NCBI GenBank assembly: GCA_038087875.1
Contig: CM075992.1
Location: forward strand, 11,472,001 to 11,536,000
DNA: 64,000 nt
DNA from: Malacoraja senta
Lineage: Eukaryota
Direction of reading: 5' to 3'
Position 1 is the first letter of the stretch. The number at the start of each line of letters is the position of its first letter. A program made the translations under genes and the position numbers. The notes under the pieces are model-generated. The model worked only from the letters and a program-made list of their open reading frames with translations. It was not told the DNA's origin and did no database searches. Below are positions 12,888 through 24,978 of the stretch, piece after piece.

Positions 12888-15260
12888 CTAGCAGAGCTGG
12901 TCCTTACTCTTAATAACTTCTTCAACTCCTCCCACTTCCTCCAAATCCAAGGCATAGCTATGGGCACCTGCATGGGCTCCAGCTATGCCTGCCTCTTTGT
13001 AGGGTACGTTGAACAATCCTGTTCCAGACGTACACTGGCCCTGTCCCTGAACTCTCTCTGCTACATTGATGACTACATCAGTGCTACCTCCTGCACCCAT
13101 GCAGAACTCACTGACTACATTAACTTTACTACTCATTTCCATCGTGCACTCAAATTTACTTGGACCATCTATGACATCTCCCACCCATTTCCTGATCTCA
13201 CTGATTCCATTGTAGGAGATAAACTATCAGCAGACATTTAGTGTGAACCCACTGACTCCCACAGCTATCCTGACTACACTTTTTTTTTGATATCTTTTAT
13301 TTCGAACGATTAAAAAAAGAAGAAAAGAAAAGATGAAAATGAATAATAAATAAAGAAAAATTATATATATACATATATATATACATAAATACATACACAC
13401 ATACATACATATACATGTACATATATACATACATACACACACATACACAACATATATATACGTACATAAATTAAAAAATCAAAAGCCAATTTCAACATAA
13501 TACACATTAGACTCGTTCGAAAAGGGATAGGAAGAAGCCTATGCTTGTCAAGTCCTACCCCCATTCTTCACCATTAACAAATGCAAAATTCAATAAAATA
13601 AACTAAACAGACAATTCAAATAAAACTACTCCAATCAAGCTATTAAGAAAAAAAGAACAAAACAAGAAAAGAACAAGCACCATTAACATCTGTGAGATTT
13701 ACATTCTCCTTCCTCATTACTGTACTTTTCAAAGATATATCATTTGTACATTTTTTAAAATTGCATTATATTCATACTTTGTTTAATCGTTTCGTCAAGA
13801 CCATTCCACAAATCCACCCCACAAATGGAAATACACATACTTTTTAAATTGGTCGGAGCATAATGCTGTTTCAAGTTTAGTTTCCCTCTAAAGTTATAAC
13901 CCCCATCTCTGTCTCTGAACAGTTTTTGTTTGTTTACAGGTAGCAGTTTATTTTTTGCTTTATAAATTATTTGTGCAGTCTTAAATTCTACCAGATCCTT
14001 AATCTTGAAGGTATGTAATTTTAAATACAGTATATTAGTGTGTTCATGATATCCTACTTTGTTTACTATACGAATAGCTCCTTTTTGTAGTGTGCTTAGC
14101 TCACTTCTCTCACCCTGCTTCCTATAGAAACTCTATCCCCTACTCCCAATTCCACCATATCTGCTCCCAAGATGAGGTGTTCCATACCAGGAGACCTGAG
14201 ATGTCCTCATTCTTTAGGGAACAGGGGTTCCTCTATTCAATCATTGATGAATCTCCTCAATATCCTGCAGCTCCGCTCTTGCTCCCCCCCCCTCCCAGTT
14301 GCAACAGGGACAGAGCCCCCTAGTCCTCAACTTTTACCCCAACAGCCATCACATAAACAGCACATAATCCTCGGGCATTTTCGCCACCTCCAATGTGATC
14401 CCACCAATAGCCACATCTTCCCATCTCCACCCCTTTCCGCTTTCCACAGGGACCGTTCCCTCCGTAATTCCCTGGTTAACTCGCCCCAACCCACCCAAAC
14501 CACCCACACCCCAGTTACCTTCCCCTGCAACCACAGGAGATACAACACCTGTCCCTATACCTCTCCACTCATCTCCATCCTAGGACCCCGACAATCTTTT
14601 CAGGTGAGGCAGAGGTTCACTTGTACCTCCTCCAAACTCATCCTCTGTATCCACTGTTCCAGGTGTTGACTTGTATATATTGACGAGCCCAAGCGCAGAC
14701 TCGGCGATCGTTTCACTGAACATCTCTGCTCAGTCCACCTAAACCTACCTGATCTCCCGGTTCCTAAACACTTTAACTCTCCCTCCCATTCCCACACTGA
14801 CCTTTCTGTCCTGGGCCTCCTCCATTGTCATAGTGAGGCCCAGCACAAATGAGAGAAACAAAAACTCAGATTTCACTTGGGCAGCTTACACCCCAGCAGT
14901 ATGAATATTGACTTCTCTAACTTCAAATAACCTTTGCCTTCCTTCTCTCTCCATCCTTCCCCCCTTCCCAGTTCTCCGACCAGTCTTACTGTCCTTGTTT
15001 ACATTTTATCTCTGTTTGCTTTGTTGTTAACTTCTCCTTGCTAACATTGATCTATTCTACGCTGTCCTTGATCTCCATCACCTTTGTCTCTTTTTCACAT
15101 TTTACATTTCCTTATCTCTGTATCTCCCTCTCCCCTGATTGTCTCGACCTGAAATATCACCCATTCCTTCTATCCAGAGATGCTGCCTGTCCAGCTGAGT
15201 TACTCCAGCATTTTGGGTCTATCTTTGGTTTAAACCAGCATTTGCAGTTCCTTCCTATAA
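12888..15260 (+). mobile_element. Penelope-like element, decayed, split by a LINE insertion
   Basis: MGTCMGSSYACLFVGY..YIDD at 12960-13241. GIY-YIG region at ~14600-14900. 3' end GCAGTTCCTTCCT at ~15245-15256. Confidence 0.88.
13281..14101 (-). mobile_element. 5'-truncated L2-group (Crack/Daphne-like) LINE 3' end with poly(A), nested in Penelope
   Basis: The minus strand translates QKGAIRIVNKVGYHEHTNILYLKLHTFKIKDLVEFKTAQIIYKAKNKLLP..CISICGVDLWNGL. AATAAA and A-tail at ~13281-13300. Short TSD CACT(T). The 3'UTR contains a TA/TACA microsatellite. Confidence 0.75.
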
Positions 15261-16070
15261 CATAGTAAGATTAAAGGAGAACTTACCAGTTATGAGGAGT
15301 TACGATGAGCGATTACGTGAAGAAGGCCGTCAAGGCACATGCGCTTCAATCTTCAAAGCAGCGGCGTGAAATCACAGATAACAGTTGTTGAACTAAAATA
15401 GTAAGATTAGAGCTGAGTAGAACTTTGAGAAAGATCTTTATGTTACAAGGGTTGGGAGCGGAGGGCACGTAATCGCTCATCGTAACTCCTCATAAAATAA
15501 AGATCAAACTTCAAACTGGTAAGCTCGTTTAATCTTACTATTTTACTTCGGAGTCACGTGAGTGACTACGTGAAGACTTTGAAGCTCTGTGATTTCATGC
15601 GTGGAAAACGAGTCCATGCGTCACACACTGCATTAGTTGACCAGGATGAGTGAGAAATAATCAAACATGACATAGATATAAAATGCTGATGCTTTAATAA
15701 ACAAAGAAAACAACAATAGTGACCCTCTCACCCAGGGGGAAACTGTAAAACAGAACATAAAACAGAATTAGCAAAAGTCCCCGGTCTGGCAATAGGTTTG
15801 TTGTAAAACCTCTGATACGTCAGTTCATTAGACCATCCCGCAGACGCCAGAATGTGGTCGATTGGGACGTCCATATCCCTTGCTGCTGACGTAGATGCAG
15901 CCCTGGTAGAATGAGGTTTAAATGTGTCAGTGTCCACTCCTGCACATGCCAGCACCTGTTTTATCCATCTTGAAATGGTCTGCCCTATAACCTTCCTATG
16001 AGGTTTGGTGTAGCTGATGAATAAGGATAATTCCGAGCCTCTGAGGCTCTTAGTGATCATAATGTATTGT

Positions 16071-18976
16071 TAAAATCTCAGAATTTTTAGATAATTGTAA
16101 TCTACCACAATTAGAACGCAGGGAACAAGAGGAACTGGGAGCACAAATTACTTCTAAGGAGATAGAAGACACAATAAAAACACTAAAAAATGGAAAAACA
16201 CCAGGACCAGACGGATTCAGTAATGAATTTTATAAATCTTTTTATGATATAGTTACTCCACGATTACAAAAAATGTATACATATGCTTATAAAGAGCAAA
16301 ACCTACCTGAAACACTAGCGGAATCAACGATCATATTAATACTTAAAAAAGATAAAAATATAGAAGAACCAGGATCATATAGAGCTATTGCTTTGTTAAA
16401 TACGGATCAGAAAATAATAGCAAAAACATTAGCCAATAGATTAAGCAAGTATGTTAGTAGACTAATACATGAGGATCAAACAGGATTTATACCTAAGAGA
16501 CACTCATTTAATAATTTGAGACGTTTGCTTAACATAATGCATTCATATAAATCTTATGACGAAGAGTTAGCTATCATCTCACTGGACGCAGAAAAAGCGT
16601 TTGATCAAGTAGAATGGGACTATATGATCAAAGTATTGCAAAAATTCCAATTGGGAGAAAACTTTATTGCATGGATAAAACTACTATATAACAAACCTAC
16701 GGCTAGAATACTAACTAATAATATATTATCTTCAAAATTCGAATTATCTAGGGGCAACAGACAAGGATGTTCACTATCACCGCTGTTATTTGCTTTGGTA
16801 ATTGAACCCCTTGCTGAAAAAATAAGAACACACTCGAATATTCACGGTTATAACACAAAATATTCAAACAACAAACTATCCCTATATGCTGATGATGTAC
16901 TACTGTACATCACAAAACCACAAATTAGTATACCAAATATATTAAACTTAATTGAGGACTTTGGATCCTTTTCAGGATATAGAATAAATTGGAACAAAAG
17001 TGAAATTATGTCGATTAAACCAAAAGACTCAACACATCTCAGGAAATTCCCTTTTAAAATAGCTATGGAAAAATTCAAATATTTAGGAATTGAGATTACT
17101 AGAAATTACCATGATATGTTTAAAGCTAATTATAATCCCCTACTTAAGAAATTAAATAATCTGATTAAATTTTGGAAAACACTTCCGATGTCCTTAATAG
17201 GTAGGATAAATGCTATAAAAATGATTTTCTTACCACAAATCCTTTACCTATTTCAATCAATACCTATATATCTCCCAAAAAAGTTTTTCAAAAAACTGGA
17301 CTCAGACATTACAAATTTTATATGGGATTACAAATCCCACAGAATACAAAGAACACACCTTAACAAACGAAAAGAGTTGGGGGGTCTAGCGCTCCCTAAC
17401 TTTATGTATTATAACTGGGCAGTAAATATTAAAAATATGATTCACCTGCTGGACAATTCTGCCCAGCAGGTGGACTGGATTATAATGGAAAAAGGGGATT
17501 GCTCCCCGAATAATATAGGAGCGATTATTCTCTCTCCAATAAATTTGAATAATAAAAATTATAATAAAAATCCAATTATATATAGCACTATTAGAACATG
17601 GAAGCAAATAAAACAGAATCTAAAATTAAGAAACCTATCTCTCTTAATACCAATAGTCAATAACCCATCGTTTAAACCTTCAATCATAGATAAAGCATTT
17701 ATACAATGGGAAAGAATGGGAATTAAAACGCTCGAAGATCTGTATGAATTAGAAAAATTACTATCATTCCAACAACTACAACTGAAATATAATTTGAAAA
17801 ATAATCAATATTTTAAATATATACAAATCTGTGACTATTTGAAAACACACACAAAAGATTATTATAATATGCCTTCCGACTTACTAGATGAAGCAATGAA
17901 GACAAAGGCGGAATCAGTTAATTTAATATCATACTTATATAATATCATTTTAAATATAGAAATACCCACAACAGATGGAATTAGAAGAGATTGGGAACAA
18001 GATCTAGGTATAAAAATTTCAAAAGAAAGTTGGGATAATCATTTATTACAGGTGCATAAATGCTCGATCAACGTACGACATACGCTTATCCAATTTAAAA
18101 CATTACATAGATTATATTATTCAAAAACCAAACTAAATAAAATCTTTCCTAACGTCTCATCAATCTGTGATAAATGTATATGTCAAGAAGCTACCATAGC
18201 ACATTCTTTTGTTTTTTGTACAAAAATCCAAAAATTCTGGTTTGAAATATTTGATATTTTTTCAAAATTAATCAAAATAAAACTGGTACCAAAACCAGAA
18301 TGGATTATTTTTGGAATATCGGAAGGTATTCCTGAATTAAACGTGTATCAGAAGAATTTACTCAATTATGGGCTAATAATGGGAAAAAAGCTTATACTTA
18401 AATTCTGGAAAAATGCGCCCACACCAACAATAAAAATGTGGACATCAAATATGTTGGAAACATTACATCTGGAAGAGATGAGATTCCTCCTAGTAGGTAA
18501 AGTAGATCAATTTCAAAAGACGTGGTCTACGTTTTTGGACCTATTACAAGCATGAGGTGCAATAGTAATTTAGAAAAACAAATAAATAAATAAAAGGTAT
18601 CTGGACCTGGTAATGGGAGGTAAAATAAAAACAGACTTGGTTGGTAGTTCCTTCTCTATGAAGTATAGTATAAGAGTTATAATAGAGCGATTGTTCCTTC
18701 TTTCTTTCTCTTTTTTTTTCTAGGGTCTATTTTCTAACTTTACTTCCTTCTCTAACCTCTTCTCTAAGGGGCTTTCTTTTCCCAACACTCTTTTGCACTT
18801 CACAACCTTTGCGCACTTTCTTCACTTTTCTTACTTCTTTCTTTTTCTTTCTTAAAGTTTAAAAAAATGAAGCGGTACAAAAAATGTATTAATATATACG
18901 TGTTGTACATTACTGTAATCTACCGTACTTCTAAAAAATAAAAAAAAAAAAAAAATAAAAAAAAAAAAAAAAAAAA
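16071..18976 (+). mobile_element. 5'-truncated L1-clade LINE with uninterrupted RT and C-terminal ORF2, T-rich 3'UTR, poly(A)
   Basis: The frame is open from ~16072 to 18555 (TPGPDGF, SLDAEKAFD, RQGCSLSP, YADD, C-terminal CxxC..H..C). Poly(A) at ~18933-18976. 12-bp TSD ATAATGTATTGT at 16059-16070 and 18977-18988. Confidence 0.96.
16273..18555 (+). CDS. L1 ORF2 fragment (reverse transcriptase), 760 aa, lacking the endonuclease
   Basis: Long uninterrupted ORF with canonical L1 RT motifs. It is element-encoded and 5' truncated. Confidence 0.85.
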   Translation: MYTYAYKEQNLPETLAESTIILILKKDKNIEEPGSYRAIALLNTDQKIIAKTLANRLSKYVSRLIHEDQTGFIPKRHSFNNLRRLLNIMHSYKSYDEELAIISLDAEKAFDQVEWDYMIKVLQKFQLGENFIAWIKLLYNKPTARILTNNILSSKFELSRGNRQGCSLSPLLFALVIEPLAEKIRTHSNIHGYNTKYSNNKLSLYADDVLLYITKPQISIPNILNLIEDFGSFSGYRINWNKSEIMSIKPKDSTHLRKFPFKIAMEKFKYLGIEITRNYHDMFKANYNPLLKKLNNLIKFWKTLPMSLIGRINAIKMIFLPQILYLFQSIPIYLPKKFFKKLDSDITNFIWDYKSHRIQRTHLNKRKELGGLALPNFMYYNWAVNIKNMIHLLDNSAQQVDWIIMEKGDCSPNNIGAIILSPINLNNKNYNKNPIIYSTIRTWKQIKQNLKLRNLSLLIPIVNNPSFKPSIIDKAFIQWERMGIKTLEDLYELEKLLSFQQLQLKYNLKNNQYFKYIQICDYLKTHTKDYYNMPSDLLDEAMKTKAESVNLISYLYNIILNIEIPTTDGIRRDWEQDLGIKISKESWDNHLLQVHKCSINVRHTLIQFKTLHRLYYSKTKLNKIFPNVSSICDKCICQEATIAHSFVFCTKIQKFWFEIFDIFSKLIKIKLVPKPEWIIFGISEGIPELNVYQKNLLNYGLIMGKKLILKFWKNAPTPTIKMWTSNMLETLHLEEMRFLLVGKVDQFQKTWSTFLDLLQA

Positions 18977-19928
18977 ATAATGTATTGTAATATGTGAGAT
19001 ACCACATACAACCGTTGGTCTACGGGGTAAGCCATAAAACTTAATTTGAGCCTCGTCATCCCTGGTCTGCTCTGCTTTAATAGATCATGAACAAAAAAGG
19101 TGATGTTATCAACAGATGTAACCATGCTGTCCAATCTAAGTTTCTTTAACGTCTGGACCCGTTGTGCTGAGACCAGCACCATGAGCATGACTACCTTAAG
19201 TGTGAGATTAGAGAGAGACAGGGATGAAGCGGGTGCCCACTGACGGAGCAGCGTGAGGACCACGCTCACATCCCATATCTGTGAATATCTGGGCCTTGGG
19301 GGAGTAGAGTTAAAAATGCCCTTCATAAATCTAGTTATTAAGGGGTGAGATCTGACAGTGTGGTTCCTTGACCCCAGCCATAAGTAAGATGACAAAGCGC
19401 TCCTAGCACTATTTATGGCACTATAACTGAGTTTCTGATCATAGAAAAGTGTGGAAAGGAACTACAAAACATCTGTAATGGAAGCCGTGTCATATGAAAT
19501 ATTCGATAGGGAGCAGTACATCTCCCATTTCCTTATATGAGAGATGTACTGTTTCTGGGGGCTCTTCCTCCAGGCCGCAGTGATCACATCTACCGTACGA
19601 TCTGAAAGTCCGAGCCCCAGGAACGGTCTCCTCAGAATCTGCAAACCAATAAATTTATTTGGTCATGAAGAGGATGGCTTTCCCCTGTCACAGGATGTAC
19701 CAGCAGCTTTCTGCTTTTGGGAACAACCATAAAAGGCTGTGTAATAATAGCTAGGACGAGTGGGAACCAATGTTGAGTAGGCCAGTCTGGTACTACCAAT
19801 ATGCTTGATCTTGGCCAAGCATCGACTGATGAGGCAAAATGGGGGAAACACATACAAGAACCTCCCACCCCAGCATAGCGAGAATGCATCTACTACTACT
19901 GCCCCTGGGTCTGGTTCCCATGAAATGT

Positions 19929-21468
19929 AACCATATAACCATATAACCATATAACCATGAAGGCTCTGTCTTACCTGTTTGCGGTCATCGGCGGTGAAGC
20001 GCGGTGTCGCCGGTAGCGAGGACCGCACGGCAACGGCGAGAGCGGCGAGCCTATCCACCGGAGCGCCGCACGGATGCTGCGCGGGGGCCGAGTTAATTCA
20101 AACACGGCGGGTCCCACGTGCTTGCGGTAAGTAAAAAAAGGGCGGGCCGACTGCGATGACGTCGGCCCGCCGCATGTGACTCACCAGCGGCGGGTGTGGC
20201 GGCGGCCATCCTGATCGCGGCGTTGTAGCGGTGGCTGTGCCTGCGGCCGTGCAGCACACGTGCTTCACTGGCGGCGGCACGTGCGTCACTGGCGGAGGCT
20301 GTGGCAGTGGAGGTTTGACGCACGGCGCTCGAGCCATACTGGCGGCGGCCCGTGCGAGCGGCCGTGCCGCACTCGTGCATCACTGGTGGAGGTTGTGCGG
20401 TGAGTATTTAGTTTTGAACATTGTCCATTTTATTTTAGCACCGCGCGGTGTTGGGAACACCGCCGCACGGCCCGGGAATTGTACTTTCTCACGAGTGCGC
20501 GGTCTATGGCGGCAGATTCCTCCCGTTTCGCCGCCATAGACCGCAGACTCGTGAGACAGGCCTTTAACAGCACGGAAACAGGCCATCTCGGCCCTTCAAG
20601 TCCATGCCGAACATTTTTTTTTCCCCCCAGTTCTTTCTTCTTTCTTCCCCCTAGTCCCATCTACCTGAACTCAGACCATAACCCTCCATTCCTTTCCCGT
20701 CCATATACCCATCCAATCTATTTTTAAAGGATAAAATCGAACCTGCCTCCACCACTTCCACTGGAAGCTCATTCCACACAGCTACCACTCTCTGAGTAAA
20801 GAGGTTCCCCCTAATGTTACCCCTAAACTTCTGTCCCATAATTCTCAAGTCATGTCCCCTTGTTTGAATCTTCCCTACTCTCAATGGGAAAAGCTTATCC
20901 ACGTCCACTCTGTCTAACCCGCTCATAATTTTAAAGACCTCTATCAAGTCCCCTCTTAACCTTCTGCGCTCCAAAGAATAAAGACCTAACTTGTTCAACC
21001 TTTCTCTGTAACTTAGTTGCTGAAACCCAGGCAACATTCTTGTAAATCTCCTCTGTACTCTCTATTTTGTTGACATCCATCCTATAATTAGGCGACCAAA
21101 ATTGTACTCCATACTCCAGAATTGGCCTCACCAATGCCTTATACAATTTTAACATTACATCCCAACTTCTATATTCAATGTTCTGATTTATAAAGGCCAT
21201 CACACTAAAAGCTTTCTTTACCACCCTATCTACATGAGATTCCACCTTCAGGGAACTATGCATAGTTATTCCTAGATCCCTCTGTTCAACTGCATTCCTC
21301 AATTCGCTACCATTTACCATGTACGTCCTATTTTGATTTGTCCTGCCGAGATGTAGCACCTCACATTTATCAGCATTAAACTCCATCTGCCATCTTTCAG
21401 CCCACTCTTCCAAATGGCCTAAATCTCTCTGTAGACTTTGAAAATCTACTTCATTATCCACATTCATT
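19929..21468 (-). mobile_element. 5'-truncated CR1 LINE nested in the MT-like region of DIRS copy 2
   Basis: RT C-terminus (LQRDLGHLEEWAERWQMEFN, LERRRLRGDLIE), 3'UTR and an (ATATGGTT)n tail at 19929-19958. The DIRS frame LPNY|ISWEPDP is split by it. Confidence 0.92.
19961..20563. mobile_element. CpG-rich MITE (PIF/Harbinger-like) inserted in the CR1 3' tail
   Basis: Imperfect ~38-bp TIRs: AGGCTCTGTCTTACCTGTTTGCGGTCATCGGCGGTGAA versus the reverse complement of the right end, AGGCCTGTCTCACGAGTCTGCGGTCTATGGCGGCGAA. Flanks are TGA and TTA (TWA-like TSD). Confidence 0.7.
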
Positions 21469-21809
21469 AACGTAATTTGGTAACTGATGATTTAGTCTGG
21501 ATGCCAACAGATCAATGTCCAATACACCATACCGAACGACAATGTCGTTAAACACTTCATGATTCAACATCCACTCTTTGTTGTCATTGAATTCGCGTGA
21601 CCTGTTGTCCGCCACCATATTATATCTACCAGGTAAGTAGACAGCTGAAACCCAGATGTTTCTCGCAATACACCAGTGCCAAATGAGGTTAGACAATTTA
21701 TCACAGAATACAGACTTACTTCCACCAATGTGATTTATGTATGCAACTGCTGTAGTGTTGTCAACCTGAAGTTGAACATGCACATGATGCATATTGCTAC
21801 AATAAGCCT

Positions 21810-23348
21810 TTAACCCAACAACTCTAAGAAATTAATACCATGGGACTGAAGTATCGATGATTCCTGTAGATTCCATCTGCCACCGCAGCTTGAGACGGTG
21901 TTGGTAGCACCCCAACCTAGAGCACTGGCATCAGTTTGCAGGATAACTGATGGTGTATCAACTAAAATAGTACTAGAGCAATACCGAATATTGGTCACCC
22001 ACCATTGTAACTCAGCAATGGCTTCAGCTGGCAACTGCATGGGTCTATCGAAGCGACCTCTATGAAATTTGAGTGCCTGTTCCTTTGCACATTGTAAGTT
22101 TTGATAGTGCAAAGGCCCAAACTGAGCAGCTGGGAAAGCAGCCACTAACTTGCCAATTATACTAGCCACATGTCTAATAGAAGGTTTGTTCTTAACAATG
22201 AGGGTACTGCAGGCTTCAATTAACTCTAATTGCTTGCCGGAAGGCAGAGTCACTGACATGTGAATTGAGTTAATGGTGAATCCCAAATAATCAATTAATC
22301 TAGATGGTACCAATTCCGACTTAACTGGGTGGATTAGGAACCCCAGTCTCTCAAACATGAGTTTGGTAGCTGACACAGATAATTCAGCTAATTTCATAGT
22401 CTTCCCAATCATTAAGATGTCATCCAAGTATGCCATGACTATATGATTCTGTGCCCAGAGTAGCCCCAGGACTAGTCTTAACAATTTAGTGAATAGTCTG
22501 GGGGCTGAGGTTAACCCATTAGGCAATGCTTTAAACTGCCACAATTGCCCCATCCAGCTAAACTTCAAATATCTCCTGTGGTCTACATGAATGGCCTCCG
22601 AATAGTAAGCATCTTTGAGGTCGATGCATGCCATGTAACACCCCTTGGAAACCAGTTGTTTGGCAGTAACAAAGTTTTCCATTTTGAAGTGTTTATACTG
22701 CACAAATGAGTTAAGCTCAGTCAAATCCAGGATGATTCGGCATCCTCCATCCTTCTTTTGCCTAGTAAATATATTGGACACAAATTGGTGAGACTCATGA
22801 TTCGACTTCTCAATTACCCCTTTCTTGAGTAAAGATATGATTTCAGCTTGTGTATGGGCACAATCCTGTTGTGAAGGAACAAAGGTGCGGCTCGGTGTAT
22901 GCTGTGTGGGTGGAGGCGAATTGGAAAGGAACTCAATTTGGAAACCTTGTATACTGCACAGTATAAATGGGTCAGATGTTATCCAATGCCATTCATGTAA
23001 GAAAAATCTCTCCCCAGCATCTTGAACCTGCCCTAAAAAAGGCCTCTGTGCCTGTTGAACGTGATGCCCACCATATCCGGCAAACCGTCTGGTGTTGAGA
23101 GGAGGATAGGGGTACTGCCGTCGGAAGGATGAAGACTTGGAAGGAGTTGGGGCCTTGATAAGGCCGACAGTTTTAGCCTCATCATCCAGCTCCCTCAGCT
23201 GCTTAGGCAGATCTTCCCCGAACAGTAGGTTTGGTGGTTGGATGTTCCCAGCGTTGCATAATGCTGCAAATTTTGGGTTCAGAGCAGGACGGATGGCATT
23301 CTTACGGAGGACATTAATTTCAAAATGTGCATTGCACATTAATGCCAT
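21810..23348 (-). pseudogene. DIRS copy 2 gag C-terminus fused in frame to RT/RNase H (512-aa ORF)
   Basis: IRPALNPKFAALC (gag), then HFKMEN, DLKDAY, LPNGLTSAPRLFTK, YLDD, TDASALGWG, INFLEL. Confidence 0.9.
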
Positions 23349-24414
23349 GGCGTCCTGCTGAACATTAGAGAGGGCCCCCCATCGACCGACCAGGCCGTGA
23401 TGCCTGAGGTAAGTAATTTTAAAATGTTCTGTAATTTTACCTCCTGGGCTCTGACGCCCCCTCCAATGTGTCCCCAGATAGAATGATTCACTGCCGGGAC
23501 ACTTAATGAGGCACAGTTTACTGGGGTAAGGTATTTAGTAGAGGTTTCCTCCATGGCCTGATCTTGGAGCTGGTGAGAGGCCATCTAATTAATGCTACCA
23601 GCTAACCCCTCTCCCAGTGGTTCCCCTGATTGGGAAGAGATGGCAAATTTGGATGCCATGGGGGCTACTCCCGAAGCTTGCCCCTCATGCCTTGAAGCAT
23701 GCTCCCCAGCTGTGCCTCCGATATCTGAGTCAGTATAAAACTGGCCACTTACGCTCCCCTCCTCAGAGAGGGAGACATCAAGCAGCCCTGACACATGTGC
23801 CGCTGCCGTGGGTTCTCCATAATACCCGGGCTCAGATAGCTCCCTTCTTTGGAGCATATTGCTTTGGAGCAACCTCTCCATTAGGTGCTCCAGATGGGTC
23901 AGTCTCCCAAACACACTGCCCATAGAAGGAAGAGAATCCACCAGGCCCGACTCATCCAAGTCCAGGACCCTAACAGACTTCTTGGTGGCTTTTCTCCCCT
24001 GTGGGGTAGCCAAGGTGCTTACTGTCGGCACCAAGTCTGTAGCCGCTGGCTCCTCTGCTAGCGGCCCTGAAGGCAGAATCGGCAGCCGCCCGCAACCCGC
24101 AGGCCTTCAGAAGCCGGCTTCGCTGCAGCCCGCCTCTTTACCTTCGACATTTTCTCCGTAAAGTTCGACTACACTGTGAACAAACAGTAAAACGAACCCG
24201 GAGCATCGACCTCAGATCAAGTATGAACACTTACCTGAGCGTTTTAAACTTACCGCTGGAAGGAGCGACTCGCCTCCCAGTCGATCGTTGCGCAAACGTC
24301 AGACGTAATGACGCGCATGCGCCTTGACGGCCTTCTTCACGTAGTAATTCACGTGACTCCGAAATAAAATCCAGATTGTCTCCAATCTGATCTATTCCTA
24401 AATTAACCATTTCA

Positions 24415-24720
24415 TAGTGTCATATAGTACGGACACAAGCCCTTTGGCCCGTCTTGCCCGTACTGACCAAGAACCCTGATCTAAGGTAGTCCCATTTGCC
24501 CACACTTCGTCCATATCCCTCTTAACCTTTTCTATCCAGGTATCTCTCTAAGTCTCCATTAAATGTTGTTATTCTGCTTGCCTCAAGTACCTTCCCTGGC
24601 AGCTTATTCCATATACTCACCACTCCTCTTTGTGAAAAGGATGATCGCCGGTTCCAATAAAATCATTCCCTTCTCACCTTAAACCCATGTCCTCTGGGTA
24701 AAAAGACGGTGGGTAAAAGG
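24415..24720 (-). mobile_element. CR1 3' end fragment
   Basis: The minus strand has AGAGGACATGGGTTTAAGGTGAGA and GGGCCAAAGGGCTTGTGTCCGTACTAT, a typical CR1 3' end. Confidence 0.7.
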
Positions 24721-24978
24721 GCTTGTTTCTGAAATCTCCTGAACCTGTCCTACACATCACAAATGATGCTCCATAATATCCGGATATTATTGATGGATAA
24801 TGAGGCATTTATATTGTGCACTCTCCTTCCCGTTATCTGGAAATTTCCCCCATGTATTAGGAGTAAAGAATGAGGCATTCGCCTGTCTAACAAAGGAAAC
24901 TACATCAAAAGTAATACTTTAGCTTACAATGAGATGGCAAAAAGCCATGAATAGGGTTGACGCTGCGCTTGGACTTAC

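Larger units (their letters stand above)
15728..19644 (-). pseudogene. DIRS copy 2 tyrosine recombinase, interrupted by L1
   Basis: SAQRVQTL (18931-19395) continues as MITKSLRGS..HSTRAAS..AGWS..RFY (15728-16060) once the L1 is removed. Confidence 0.9.
15262..24370 (-). mobile_element. DIRS1-like retrotransposon, copy 2: both ends and ICR present, with nested insertions
   Basis: ITR core at 24313-24342 is inverted relative to 15315-15344. ICR at 15466-15575 matches the left end (24335-24370) and the right extension (15262-15319). Gag ~24150-23050. RT/RH ORF 21810-23348 with YLDD. MT-like region ~21792-19632. YR 19640-15728. Confidence 0.96.

Noticed and set aside
19961..20660. GC-rich ORFs or host CpG-island promoter
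   Set aside because: Bounded by TIRs and nested in a CR1 inside a DIRS. The ORFs are low-complexity by-products of GC richness.
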